The position numbers and the translations under genes are program-made. From the NCBI RefSeq assembly GCF_001194135.2, contig NC_068985.1:75260886-75297153 (forward strand): 36,268 bases of DNA, in the 5' to 3' direction. The number at the start of each line of letters is the position of its first letter. Position 1 is the first letter of the stretch. This document shows positions 10,699 to 22,628 of the stretch, in pieces. The stretch is from Octopus bimaculoides (lineage: Eukaryota). A model generated the notes under the pieces. The model ran no database searches. It saw only the letters and a list, made by a program, of their open reading frames with translations, and had not been told where the DNA came from.

Positions 10699-13451
10699 AG
10701 ACGTCACTCAGTATACAGTATCGTTAGGTTGTTGACTGAAGATATTGTGTCACAAGCTTCACAGACGGACAGTACTTTACGCAATGTGCGTTCATTTCCA
10801 AGTAACGCCGACTTTTGCAATAGATCTAGATTGTAGGGTTTTTCTAAAGTTTTCTGATGATATTTCAGATTGGGTGTTATTGAACCCAATGCTCCGTTGA
10901 CAACAGAGATAAAATTTGTTTGACTCCTGTAGGTGCCACATCCCAGCGATCTCATGTCTCAGGTCTCCATATTCATCAATCTTTTCTCTTATTTTCATGA
11001 TGATATGTTTATCTGACACTGCTACGTCAATTATTAGGCACTCTTGTTTGTCCCACCTAAAGGTGCTATGTTACCATGCCTATCAAGTAGTCAGTCCCAG
11101 AGGATTTTTGCCTTCCCCATTTCGCCCATTACTTTTTCCGGTGTATGTTGGTACGAAGCACCCGTAACATCATGTTCATACTTACGGCATAGTAGCCAGT
11201 TAGAATTTGGGGGCTACCTTGTTGTGTCTAGGCTTGTACTTTTTCTACACAAGATTTTCACAGGCACTAACAATGTGAGTCACGCTTTCGACTCTCTTCC
11301 CATACATTCTGCAGAGGTCCGTTGCACTTGTGTGGTATATATTCTTTTTCACTGAGTTGGTATTTAATGCCTGGTCCTGGGCAGCGATGATTAGGCTTTC
11401 AGTATTCTTTTTTAGGTCGACCTTGTTAAGCCACCTCCCTGGTGCTTCCTAGTCTTTTAATTTGTTGACTTCATGGTTGAACTGACCATGTAATTTCAAT
11501 CGGAGTAGGGTTTCTTCGCTGTCGCTGGCTGTTCATGATCGGAATTCATGAGCACTCTCAAGTCCATTTTTATAAAATCCTTCTGAATTAACAGCATACT
11601 GTAGCAGGTCTTGTTTGCTGTTTACTAAATATTCTACCATGCTTCTTCCATTGTTGATGCACTCCTGTACGCTAATCGGTCCATGTGCACCTTTACCGCT
11701 CTTCATGTAGAGCCTGTGTATATTCGCCTTAGGGCACCATACACTGTCATTGTCTTTCGAGTTGTGCGATCAAGTTGGTTAATCTCCGCTTGTGTTCATT
11801 TAAGGATAAGTGAACTATAGCAGACTAGAGCAACGGCTCATATGTTGATGGCAGTCACAAGGTTCCTTAAGTTGAGTTTTGAATTCAAGAGAAGTTTAAG
11901 TCGCTCGAAATATGCAGTGATGACCTTATCTTTCATTTCTTTATGCAAGTTATTATCCAGCTCCAAGATCTGAAGGTACTTGTACCCATCATCATCCGGA
12001 TCTTCCATTCTCTCCCCGTTTGGCAATCCTATGTCCCTACAATTCACTCTTTTTCCCCGCTTGAACGTAAGCACCGCACACTTTGAAATACCGAATTCCC
12101 TCCCTTGAATGTAAACAGCTTATTTTGATTGTAAAATTTGTTCCTCTTCTCAAATCCTCGTATTCTTTGAGCTTTCGCTTGGACTCTTTGTTGCAGTGTT
12201 TCTTTTGTTGAAAGAAGTTCTTCTCTTGGTGAGAATCTATGTTTCCTTTTCATCTTTCTTCCTTTTCTGGTTTTTACATTGTTTCCACAGATTTGTTCAT
12301 TTAATATTGATATTTCATCTCTCATTATTTCAATCTCTTTTTCAATTTTACTTTTCCAATTTGGAATTCTTCCCAGGTTTGTATTTCTTTGTTTTTTCAC
12401 AGGCATACAACAGGTTTGAATTGTCTTACCAGCTGCATATATAATTTCATTTAATTCAGTGAGATCTGGATTTAGTTCGTGTATAATTTCCTTTGTTACA
12501 TAGTTTACAATTTTAATTTGTTTTCTATTTTGGATTGTATTTGAGAGCTTTTGAAGTGGCGTGGCTTACTCAGCTTATTCAGGATTTTCTGCTTCAGATC
12601 TATTATAGACTCTCTTATGTTTTTAGTAAATGTGTTGTCTTCAAATATTGTTTCTTTACCACTTTCTTCGATATCTTTATCAAGCTCATTACAATTTATT
12701 TCTTCAGATGTTTGCGTGTTCTGGTCACATGACAATTTTTCAATTGAGACTCGTGGAGAGTTTCTCTCTTCGTCTGGTTCTTCATTTCTTTTCTGTCTTA
12801 TATTTAAGTAATTTTCCTCTGCGTGCTTGATCGCGGTTATTTCACTACATGTGAGTCTTTTATTTCTGAAGATGTCCCTTCTACCATTTGCTAACTTGTT
12901 GTCTTGATTTTGTGTTCTCCATATTTGATAAGAGTGTGCGCTGTGTTTCTCTTCGGGTGGCCTGCCTAATGCATAGTAATAGGCATATATTGCTTCTATA
13001 TACTCTTCTCGGGTTCATTTGATCCTCTAATATTTTTCTCTCTTGAAGGGTTTGAGTTCGAGCAGTTCCCGTTCAAGTAACCATCCAGGTTCGTATTCAG
13101 AGACGAGTCTGTGCCAGTGGATGACTTCTCGACCCGAAGCTGGCTCTCTCATGGGAGACGCGCTTTCAGATTAACCATAGGACAAGCGATTTGGTGTACT
13201 ATTGTACCTTTTGGTTTCGTTCGTAAGACGTATTTGTGCTACACTAAAATGATTACTATTGAGCTCTATATTGTGGAAGATGTAGAGACGGTTGATGTCG
13301 ATGCCACTACTATCGACTCCACCATTAATACCGTTACACTCACTTTAACGTTGCTATTACAACATTGCTCAAAGTTAGTTACCACCAATAGTGCCTTGAT
13401 GTGTATGCTTTTGGCTAACCTTTGTAGCCATGGCGACAGTATAACCATTAG
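10699..13451 (-). mobile_element. R4/Dong copy A: both ends present, RT core deleted
   Basis: N-terminal domain with IPNWKSKIEKEIE...LQQRVQAKAQRIRGFEKRNKFYNQNKLF, joined to EFGISKCAVL and GYKYLQILE (RT 6-7), then thumb, ZnF/RLE remnants and the C-terminal VVNGALG...LLQKSALLGNERTLRKVL. Confidence 0.88.
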
Positions 13452-13480
13452 TTTGTGCCTTTAGAAGAAAAGATTATTTC

Positions 13481-13482
<2 letters not shown>

Positions 13483-13558
<76 letters not shown>

Positions 13559-13587
13559 CATTATTATTATCATTATTATTATTATTA

Positions 13588-13648
<61 letters not shown>
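13483..13648. repeat. (ATT)n microsatellite between Dong copies A and B
   Basis: Direct reading. Confidence 0.97.
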
Positions 13649-13650
<2 letters not shown>

Positions 13651-15495
13651 GTTTGACTTTTGCTTTGTATTTGTACAAGTTGGCTCTAAGTCTCACCCAG
13701 AGTCCTCAAGAGAAAAGTTAGAAGTTCATTTTGATGTTATGAATATGGTGTCATATATTTGATTTTGTACATAGTGTTGTTCTTGAGAATGTATTAGAAA
13801 ACAAGAAAATTATAAGTTTGTTTTAAAATTTGAGATTAAACAAACTATTTTACGTAAGACATGAGCAATTCCCATGCGCACTATTTGAAGTTCTGTCATT
13901 TTGGGGTTTCCTGGTATCTGAGATAGGTAGCAATCAGCCCCGTTTGCTATCATTCTTAGGGCACCTATGACAATAGGTATTGTTTTAGTCTTCAGATTCC
14001 ACATTTTGCCAATTTTTATTTCAAGATCTTTATACTTGCTCAGGTCTTGACAGATACATTTATGTCGATTGGGACAGTCATATCAATGAGGTGGCATGAT
14101 TTTTGTCTGGAGTCTTTCAATATGATGTCTGGCCTATTTGCATCTGTCTTTCTGTCAGTTTGAATGGTGAAGTTCCAGAGGAGTGAGATGAGATTATTTT
14201 CAATCACTCTTGGTGGTTAGTGTTCCCACCAGTTTTTTTATCATGAGGAAGGTACATGATTTTCCAAATTACCCAGTGAATATATTGTACTGCTCTGTCA
14301 AGCTTCTTGAGATACTCTGTAGGTGCAAGAAGACTCCACATGGAGACGAAAAGGTCAATGGTTTCATTTTTTTGTTGGTATACATGACATGTGGGGAACC
14401 TGCCGTTCTTTAATATGTTGGCGTGGTAGTTTCTTGTAGGCAGGTATTGATCATGGGCTGCTATGATAAACCCATCTGCTTCTGATTTTAATCTAGAAGA
14501 CACTAACCATTAATGGGTTAGGGCTTGGTCAACATCGGCACTATTAGCTCTCTTTGCGTATTTTCCATTGAGAGGTTTTTCTTGCCATTTATCAGTAAGA
14601 ATATCTAAGGTAGCAATTTTAGCATGGGTTTTGATATGCTTAGCTTTTTCTGTGCTTGTTTCTAGTACGTCTAATTCTGGAATTTGTTCTATTTGGAATT
14701 CACTTAGATATTTCTTTGCCTGTTTATTTACTGAGAATGATGCTTTCTTGTTTTCATGATTTAAGGCAAATTTCAACATCCAGTCCTCAGAGTTTTTCAG
14801 GTAGGTGTCTATCTCAATTGTGGCAATCTTCATTGTTAATTCCAGTTGAAAAAGTCCAGGGCCACCCTCTTTTCTTAGGACGTAAAGTCGTTCTGTATCT
14901 GCCTTAGGATGGTGCATTCTATGCATCGTCAACAATTTTCGTATTTTTCTGTCAAGATTACATATTTCAGTAATTGACCAGTTAATAATATTGAAACTGC
15001 AAGTCATGTCCGACATGGTTAAATTATCGATCGCTTCGATCCTGATTCTTGCATTCAGCTCTGTCTTGAGTATTGCCCTTACCCTGCAATAACATTCTCT
15101 TCTAATCCTTTCCCTCATCACTGAATGTTTGATTCCGTTCCCTTCAAATATCCCTAGGCATTTGTAGCTCTCTGCTGGTTCTAACTCCTTTATGACATCG
15201 TGCTGGTCAAGATGAACATTGGATGTTTCTGTCATTTTTCCTTTCATAAAGGTAAATTTTGCACATTTATCCAGGCCAAATTGCATCCTGATATCATCAC
15301 TGAATTGTTTAACTATCGCTAGTAAGCCCTTGAGTGTTGGTAATTTTTTTTTTTTTTTTTTTGTAAACTGCTTTAAATCATCCATGTAAATGAGATGATT
15401 TATATTTTTATCAAATATTTTATAGCCGTACTGTGCATCATTGAGCCATTTTGAGAGAGGTATTAAGCTGTTCAAAGTCAGTGTGATTATCCATG
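13649..15495 (-). mobile_element. R4/Dong copy B: 5'-truncated within RT, with RT 5-7, thumb, degenerate ZnF, RLE and 3' UTR
   Basis: ORF 14510-15475 contains INHLIYMDDLK, MQFGLDKCAK and YKCLGIFE. Downstream: EADGFIIAAHDQYLPTRNY, RPDIILKD...IDMTVP and TIPIVIGAL. Confidence 0.92.
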
Positions 15496-15596
15496 AGTAT
15501 TATTATCATTATTACCATTATCATTATTATTATCATTATTATTGCTGCTGTTCTTGTTGTTGTTATTATTACTTATGGTTTCTTATCATTATAATT
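15496..15596. repeat. Degenerate (ATT/ATC/TTG)n spacer between copies B and C
   Basis: Direct reading. Confidence 0.85.
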
Positions 15597-16575
15597 TTAT
15601 TTCAGCTGCCTTATTATCGAGCATCCTCTTGAGGCCAAGAGTAACAAGGGCACCTTTGTTTTGCTATGCATGCTAAAATTATCTTCACATTTATTCCACT
15701 TTAGGTAGAGAGAGCTTTCCATAGTATATGGGCTGTTGGAGTTACCAGGGAGTTGCTTAATATACCTCTCAGCTCCCTTCTTTATAATTCTCAACGCACC
15801 AATTACTACTTTTATTACCGTAGTACTAGGTTTCCACATTTTTGTGATTTCAATTTGCAGATCGTTATAATGAGGAAGCTTTTCGTATTCTTTTCTTGGA
15901 ACATTTTGATCTTCTCTGACAGACATATCTATTAACAGAACAGACAGGTTCCTCTATTGTAGTCCTTCATCACACTGTCCGGTCGATTGAAGTCAATTTT
16001 TCTGTCTGTTTCTATTGGGAAGTTCCAGAAGATCGTGAGACCTCGCCATTTACTACATCCTCTGGATGGTCCCTGTACCACTTATCTTTGGATTTAATTT
16101 TGTAGTATTAACAAGCATTCCAGTGGATGTACTGCCCTAGTCTGTTATGTATTATAAGTAACTCCCTTTCAGCGAGGACTGGGCAGCCAGAAACAACATG
16201 ATCAATTATCGGTGTAAATTTTCCGCAAATTCTGCACGAGTGGTCAGATACGTCTTTACGTGATAGATTCTGGAAGGTAAGCTGTGTTCTTGTGCTGCAA
16301 TAACAAAACCTTCTAGTTCTTTATTCAGACATATCCCTTGTAGCCATTGGTGTGTTAGATTTTGCTCAATATATGGCTTGGAGAGGTGGTTAGGGTATTT
16401 TCCTTGCAGGAGTTTGGCTTTCCAGTTGTCTTTGATATTAATCATGCAAGCTTTCTTTGCTTTTTGTTTGAGGTTTCTGCATCAGTGATCGGTTTTTCAC
16501 TATTTAGATCTCGTTGGTCTTTCTGATTATTAATTTCTAAATCAGGAGAAGCAATGTTAGGTCTGTCTGTATTTG
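15597..16575 (-). mobile_element. R4/Dong copy C: linker-ZnF-RLE fragment
   Basis: WKAKLLQGKY...LEGFVIAAQEHSL, ETDRKIDFNRPD, and KEYEKLPHYNDLQIEITKMWK...VVIGAL. Confidence 0.85.
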
Positions 16576-16579
16576 GGTC

Positions 16580-17355
16580 CTTTTGATCACAACTTCTTAA
16601 CTTCCCAAATTAATCTGTCCTGTCTCTCGACTTTTCTTCCTTCTTTATTGCATACCTTGTCAGCTGGACATGCTATATCTATGATCCATTATAGTCTGTT
16701 TTCTTTCTCAATTAAGACTATGTCCTGTTTCCTATTCTCTATCTCATGGTCGCACTGAATCACAAACTCCCATAGTATCTTTCATTTCTATTTCCGACGA
16801 TGCCTTCAGGTTTGTAGTCGAACCAAATTTTTGATCTGTCAAGTCCATACTTGTTGCAAAGTGTCCAATGAACAAGCCTGGCTATATTGTCGTGGCGTCT
16901 CTTATATTCCTTCTGGGCTATTGGGATACATTGGCTGGTAATATGTCATAATGTTTCACCGTTTTGTCCAGAGATTCTGCACTTATCACTTTCTGTTGTG
17001 TTGTCTATTCTGTATTTTATGTAGTTTGTTCGTAGTGCTTGCTCTTGGGCAGCACAGATTAGAGCCTCTGTTTCCGGTTTTAAATCATCCACAGCCATCT
17101 TTTTTCTCTGTCTATCTTATCTTCAACATCCCTATGAAATTGATTAAGCATTCTTTTCTTTACCCACCTATTTTCAGTTTCATTCGTTTTCAATTTCTTA
17201 TATAGTGCTTTATCTTTGCAATCTTTCATCCTACACAAGCCTGACCTTCTTACTTCTAATAATAGCGGTTCTGTAGCATTTTTACATACTATACTATGTT
17301 GTTTACTTCTGCTGTAATGCTGTGTTGTTATCAAATAAGTCCTCTCCCCTCTCTT
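16580..17355 (-). mobile_element. R4/Dong copy D: thumb-ZnF-RLE fragment lacking its 3' end
   Basis: KPETEALICAAQEQALRTNYIKYRID, EYKRRHDNIARLVHWTLC, and IQCDHEIENRKQDIVLIEK...IIDIACP. Ends abruptly at EVKKL. Confidence 0.87.
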
Positions 17356-17356
17356 T

Positions 17357-17435
17357 TATTATTATTATTATTATTATTATTGTTGTTGTTGTTGTTGTTG
17401 TTGATATCATCATTATAGTTATTATTATTATTATT
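17357..17435. repeat. (ATT)n/(GTT)n spacer between copies D and E
   Basis: Direct reading. Confidence 0.92.
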
Positions 17436-17817
17436 TTCATATACGCACAACAGATTCGACTGTTGGAAATGAAAGAATGCTAACATCGGGCTACAGCAAA
17501 GAACGTTAGATGCTAAGAACCCTCCTAGGTATCCGAGGTGTCCTTAATAACACTGTTTTTTGCTGCAGCTGTACAAACTCGGTTTTATGCCTATTTCTTC
17601 TATGCATTTGTTCAGATCTTTCGGAATAGTTCTCAATGCACCTGTAACTACTGGGATACATTTTACCCGCACTTTCCATAGTCTCATTAATTCTGTGTCT
17701 AGGTCCTGGTACTTTGCTATTTTTTCTTTACCTCTCACATTAATTTTTTGGGGGGACTGTAAAATCAATTATTTGGCACTTTCCATTCTGTTTATCTACT
17801 ACTACTACTACTACTAT

Positions 17818-17883
<66 letters not shown>

Positions 17884-17890
17884 CACCACC

Positions 17891-17942
<52 letters not shown>

Positions 17943-18345
17943 AATCCGGACTTCTAGCTTCTATTAATCTGTTGGTCTGAATTTTAAGTCGCACAACATC
18001 TTGTATTTCGTACTTTCTAGTACTTTACTACTTTATTAGGTTCATGTTCATACCATTTATTAGTATGTGAAAATCCTAGCTTTATACATAACTTTCAGTG
18101 CATTACTCTCCCTAGGTTACTATATGAGTAACACTTCCTTCTTTTGATTTGCATAACCTACATTGGGAATCTACATGGTTTTGTCTATCTTGGCTTTCAT
18201 ACAAATAGTCCTCAATACTTGATCTTATGCTGCTACTAACAAACTTTTTGCCTCTCGCTTCAGCCTTATTTTCTGTAACCATAACCATGTCTCACTACTA
18301 TTATTCCTCGCAACTTCTCTTGCCAGTCAGATAATCTTACTTATT
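17436..18345 (-). mobile_element. R4/Dong copy E: ZnF-RLE-3' UTR, 5'-truncated
   Basis: ETWLWLQK...AKSLLVAA*DQVLRT, then IQTNRLIEARSPDL(V)n-DKQNGKCQIIDFTVP and KEKIAKYQDL...IPVVTGAL. Confidence 0.87.
17797..17940. repeat. (TAC)n-(CAC)n-(TAC)n microsatellite, 144 bp, inside the RLE motif of copy E
   Basis: Flanked in frame on the minus strand by SPDL and DKQNG. Confidence 0.95.
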
Positions 18346-18364
18346 TTTTCTGATTTTTAACTCA

Positions 18365-18377
18365 TTATTATTATTAT

Positions 18378-18440
<63 letters not shown>
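18365..18440. repeat. (ATT)n-(TAG)n microsatellite at the 5' boundary of the Dong array
   Basis: Direct reading. Confidence 0.93.
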
Positions 18441-19659
18441 GTGTTTGATTTGAGGATTTGAAAATTAAGATGAATGTACGGAAAAGTGATTTACGGTATT
18501 TATACTGCCTCTTTATATTGCGAGTTCAACTTGCTATAATTACATGCTATTGCTCAGGTTTTGTTGTCACTATTAGTGTTGTGATGTTGTAATGCTAGAA
18601 ATTGTGATCATATCTTGGTTTGCAGATCATGATGTATCATAATCTGCACTACTATCTCAATCCAATTTTCTTTTCGAATTTCTGTTTCAAATTCTATTTA
18701 AAATTTCTAGCTCTGTCATGTTTCCCCAGCAAAAGTTTAATTGTGCTGGAACGTCATGATGTTTTACCCTTATCACTCTTCATTCTATGTAAATGGATAT
18801 TAGGTAAAGTTTTTCACTTCTACATGGTTATAGAGAGTGCTTCTGCGCTAAAATCTGTGATTAAAATTTTATTAGTTTACAACCATATTGATTCGCTCGT
18901 GTGATAACGTCTGTCTAGCTACAAATGCGTTTCAATCATTTTTCAGCTGGTTCTAGAAAGCTGCTGTGTCAGTTTATATTACTGTTGTTGTAGTATTTGC
19001 TATTGCTATTTTTCTTCATTTCTTGAGTGGTAGCAGTGGCTACTTTGCTACTTGTACAATTTGTTGCTACTGGGAAACTCATGGTGCAATGATTTTACTC
19101 ACTTCTGCCGGTGTTCTTGTTGAGGACAATGGCGGATCCACTACTGCAATCTGCTACCCTATTTGACAAGTCATTGCTGCTATTATTGTTTTTGTTGCTC
19201 TTGTTGGCTTCATTGCTGCTGTTGTTTTTAGCGTTTGATGATTTTGTTGTTAACGTTATTGTTTTTGCTACTTTTGTGACTGATGCTACTGTTGTGATTG
19301 ATGTTACTATTAGTATTTATGGTTATGATATTGCTACGGCTGCGATCCTGTGGAGGTGCTGACCTTAAATTTCAAAGTCACTTTTTACTTTTATTTTCCT
19401 CTCTTGCTACCCAGACAGTAGCGATGAAGTGTTAAAGATATTAATGAAACTTTTGTTTTGGTTGAAAAATTATATTTGCCTAAAATTTCCAGTGGGGCAG
19501 TGAGAGAGAAAAGCACACACTCCCTAAAAGAACTTGTCAGACAGACAAGATAAAACATTGTAAGTAAAATATACAGTCCACTGAAAAGTAAAACAAAACA
19601 TTGACTTACGGAGGTGTTGAAGCAATGAACAACAACGACAATAACAATAAAAACATTTT

Positions 19660-19830
19660 AGTCTAATTTAGACACAAGGACAGCAGCTTTAAAGAGAGAG
19701 ATTTAGCGGATACCGCTGACTCCAGTAATAAATTGGTGCATAATTTTATCAGGCCCTGAGAAATGAAATAATTTGAAATACCAAAGTAGTATTAGAAGCT
19801 ATGCAGCAAGATATTTTGCTCACCAGGTGA
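19660..19830 (-). mobile_element. Degenerate SINE remnant
   Basis: Minus strand has a tttcatttctcagggcctgataaaattatgcacc core resembling the core of the neighbouring plus copy, and a ttgtgtctaaattaga-type 3' end followed by TTG/ATT repeats. Confidence 0.5.
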
Positions 19831-19832
19831 AG

Positions 19833-20000
19833 CAGTGGCCCAGTTGAGCATCAGAAGAAAATGCTTTGAGATATTTAGTTAGGAATTTTCGTCTTATTGA
19901 ATTCTAATGTAGGTCAACTTTGCCTTTCATTCATGTAAATTCAGTAAAGTGAGTACCAGTATAGTTACGATCAAGAATAGTAGTCCTTGATCTCTTTTCG
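19833..20000 (+). mobile_element. Degenerate tRNA-derived SINE (Deu/Nin-domain-like core)
   Basis: A-box-like tggcccagttg, then ggtcaactttgcctttcattc...gagtaccagt, which resembles the Deu/Nin SINE core as recalled from known families. Confidence 0.55.
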
Positions 20001-20984
20001 CTTTGAAAGTCTAATGGGAGTTGCACAGATGAAGATGCTGTTCGCTTTCTATTTAAATTGATTGTTATGTATCGGAACACTTACTTTGTTTGAGTTTTGG
20101 GCAAAACATCGAGAGAAATATTTATTATTGTTAGGTCGCTTTTCTTTTCTTAATTTTGCCTATCGTTACATTAGTGATGATAAGAACATATCAGGAGATT
20201 GGTGGATAACTGATCACGAAGAATTGCATGTATTTTTTCATATGTGTTGTAAGAAAAATTACATGTTACCAGATACTAATAATTTTATCATTTTCTGGTT
20301 ATCATTAAACTGAAGATATATACGGATATAGTTTAAGGTGTTTTGTTGATTATATCGATCTCACGACATTCCTATGTCTTATTTCATCGATCTCCAAATA
20401 CATGAAATGGTAAATGACCAGTTGTTTAAAGGAGTAACTTGGTCTGGCATATCTACTGTGAATGAGAGGCTTTAGGAACTAGACTACATCAAGCTTTGGC
20501 CTAAACGTACAACACGCATGACAGAAAGTTATTCATGCGTATCTACATGTGTGTAAGTTTGGTAATTGAATTTGATCATTTCGGTAATTATAACACATCT
20601 AGACTCAGATATATTAATACATTGAAACATAATTTATAAAATGTAACTGCCTATTTCGCTGCATATGAGACTGTGGCAAGATATCTTGATTAAAAGGCCA
20701 TAAATTTTAAAAAAAGTACATCTATTTGCTACAGTAACTCTCATGTAATTCTGAAGGCATCAAACCCAATATAAAAGTCTTCTTATATCATCAAGGAGAG
20801 CTGCTTTAAAGCCATAACACCGGAAAGATTATCTCCAGCTCTTATAAAGCATCGCCACACTTCACTTATATGAATTTTATTTTACGAATAGCTTAGATGA
20901 TGCATCATGATTTGAATCGCTTAAACATACAGTAACTGCAAAATACGTATACATATATTTTTTCATTTGCTTTCTTTCTTCACC

Positions 20985-20985
<1 letters not shown>

Positions 20986-21032
<47 letters not shown>
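20986..21032. repeat. (TCTA)n microsatellite
   Basis: Direct reading. Confidence 0.95.
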
Positions 21033-21033
<1 letters not shown>

Positions 21034-22628
21034 TTATTTGTATGTCTACCTATCTATCATGATAACTATCAAATGAAAAGGATAACACTCATATTTTAAA
21101 AGGAAAGAAATAACTTAGGTTCCGTGTTTTTATTTTGCTTTTCATAAATATCATATACCACGTAAGCAAATTTCCATTCTATTGATTTTGAAACTTTCAA
21201 TGACGATCAATATATCGCCATATGATCTAACTTAAAAAATTTTCAGAATTCATTTCTGCAGTCAATTTGGTGCTTCGGGAAGAAAGCCTGGGAAAGCTGT
21301 TGGTTCAAGACATTACCTGTTTTTCGCCAATATATTTCTTAACACTACTTTTGCCTGCATTGATAATAATTTGATTGATTGATTAACATTGCCATACACG
21401 AATGGCGGATGGAAGGTTCATGGCTGAAGCATATTTGATCCTTATTCTACCTAAGCGACGTTGACTTGGAGCTAAGAAACAGCTAGTCGCTATGTTCAAC
21501 TTCCAACTCTTGTAAGTTTATTGAATGAAGGAAAATACTGTGTTTACCACTAGCATTTAGATTGCTCTGCAAAATATAAGGCTTATTTATTCCCAATATT
21601 TTGAATTAATTATACATTACCTCGTAGCTTCAAGGTTACGATAAGATTGTTTATTTTTAGAACGACATAGCAGGGTAGGTGTTAGAGACTAGGTTTGACC
21701 AGTGTGAACACAAAAGAGGTACCATATTTGAGCAAGATATGGACCGTTTGAATACTAATGAGTTAAATGATAAACAGGTAGATGACCAAAACAATAACCA
21801 ACGGTCTCGTCTGAAGAAGTACGTTTTAAGACACCTAAGCTGTCCAAGGAGCCATGTATTGAATAGTATTTGGATGAACAAAGAGAGGCGACCAGATGTT
21901 AAAGTGGTTGTCAGTCATATCGTTAAATTTATTCTTATTAGATGTAATATCCTGCACAGAAATGTTTGTTACGTTGTACAAGTTCATGTTATTTTACAAT
22001 TTATAGTGTTAAAATATAAACAGGAGTTTATATAGTGTATTTATCATTTTAAAATTAATTAGGGAAAATAGTATGATATTCATGTATATGGTAAAGTTAG
22101 CTTCTGTAGATCAACCCAGAAGAAAGAGACCGATGATCCAAGACAATCCTGTTCTAAGACCAGCGTTTCTTTTTATGAATTTTTAGAACAGCATTATCTA
22201 ATGTGAATCTTACTTTATTTAAGATGGTCGTGAGTGAGTTAATAGAGGTTTGATTCCTATTTCTAGCATCGCTAATGATCACATAAACGTTCATAACTGA
22301 TTCGACAGAAGGTTTCTCTTGTAGTGTATAAAAAAAATTAAAACGCAGATAAATTTCTTTCTTAGTTTTCTCATCATAAAAGAAGAGAAATTCTAGTAAT
22401 CTTGGAAAACAGACAAAAAAAAAGAAATAAAGGAAATAAACTAAGCAGAGAAAAAAACAGTAAGCTGCGATTCAAGCTGATAAATTTGCGACATCAAATC
22501 ATGATCTTAATTTAGATTATATAACTAGATTACTCTCCGTTCGGGTACAGTCTCTTTTCAAGCAGCAGAATTCCATTTTGAAAATACTTAAATATATTAA
22601 AAATGTCTGGGTTTGGAAAATATTTAAA

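Noticed and set aside
10256-18345. CRISPR-like or satellite interpretation of the repeat-spacer pattern
   Set aside because: The repeats are variable-length microsatellites and the spacers are retrotransposon fragments in a eukaryotic context.
18960-19360. ORFs in a TGC/TGT/TAC-rich region
   Set aside because: Cryptic decayed trinucleotide repeats, with no domain or splice signals.
21679-22035. 118-aa plus-strand ORF with faint kinase C-lobe-like wording (SCP...W...ERRPD)
   Set aside because: Only a few matching residues, no other kinase motifs, non-ATG start and a stop immediately upstream.
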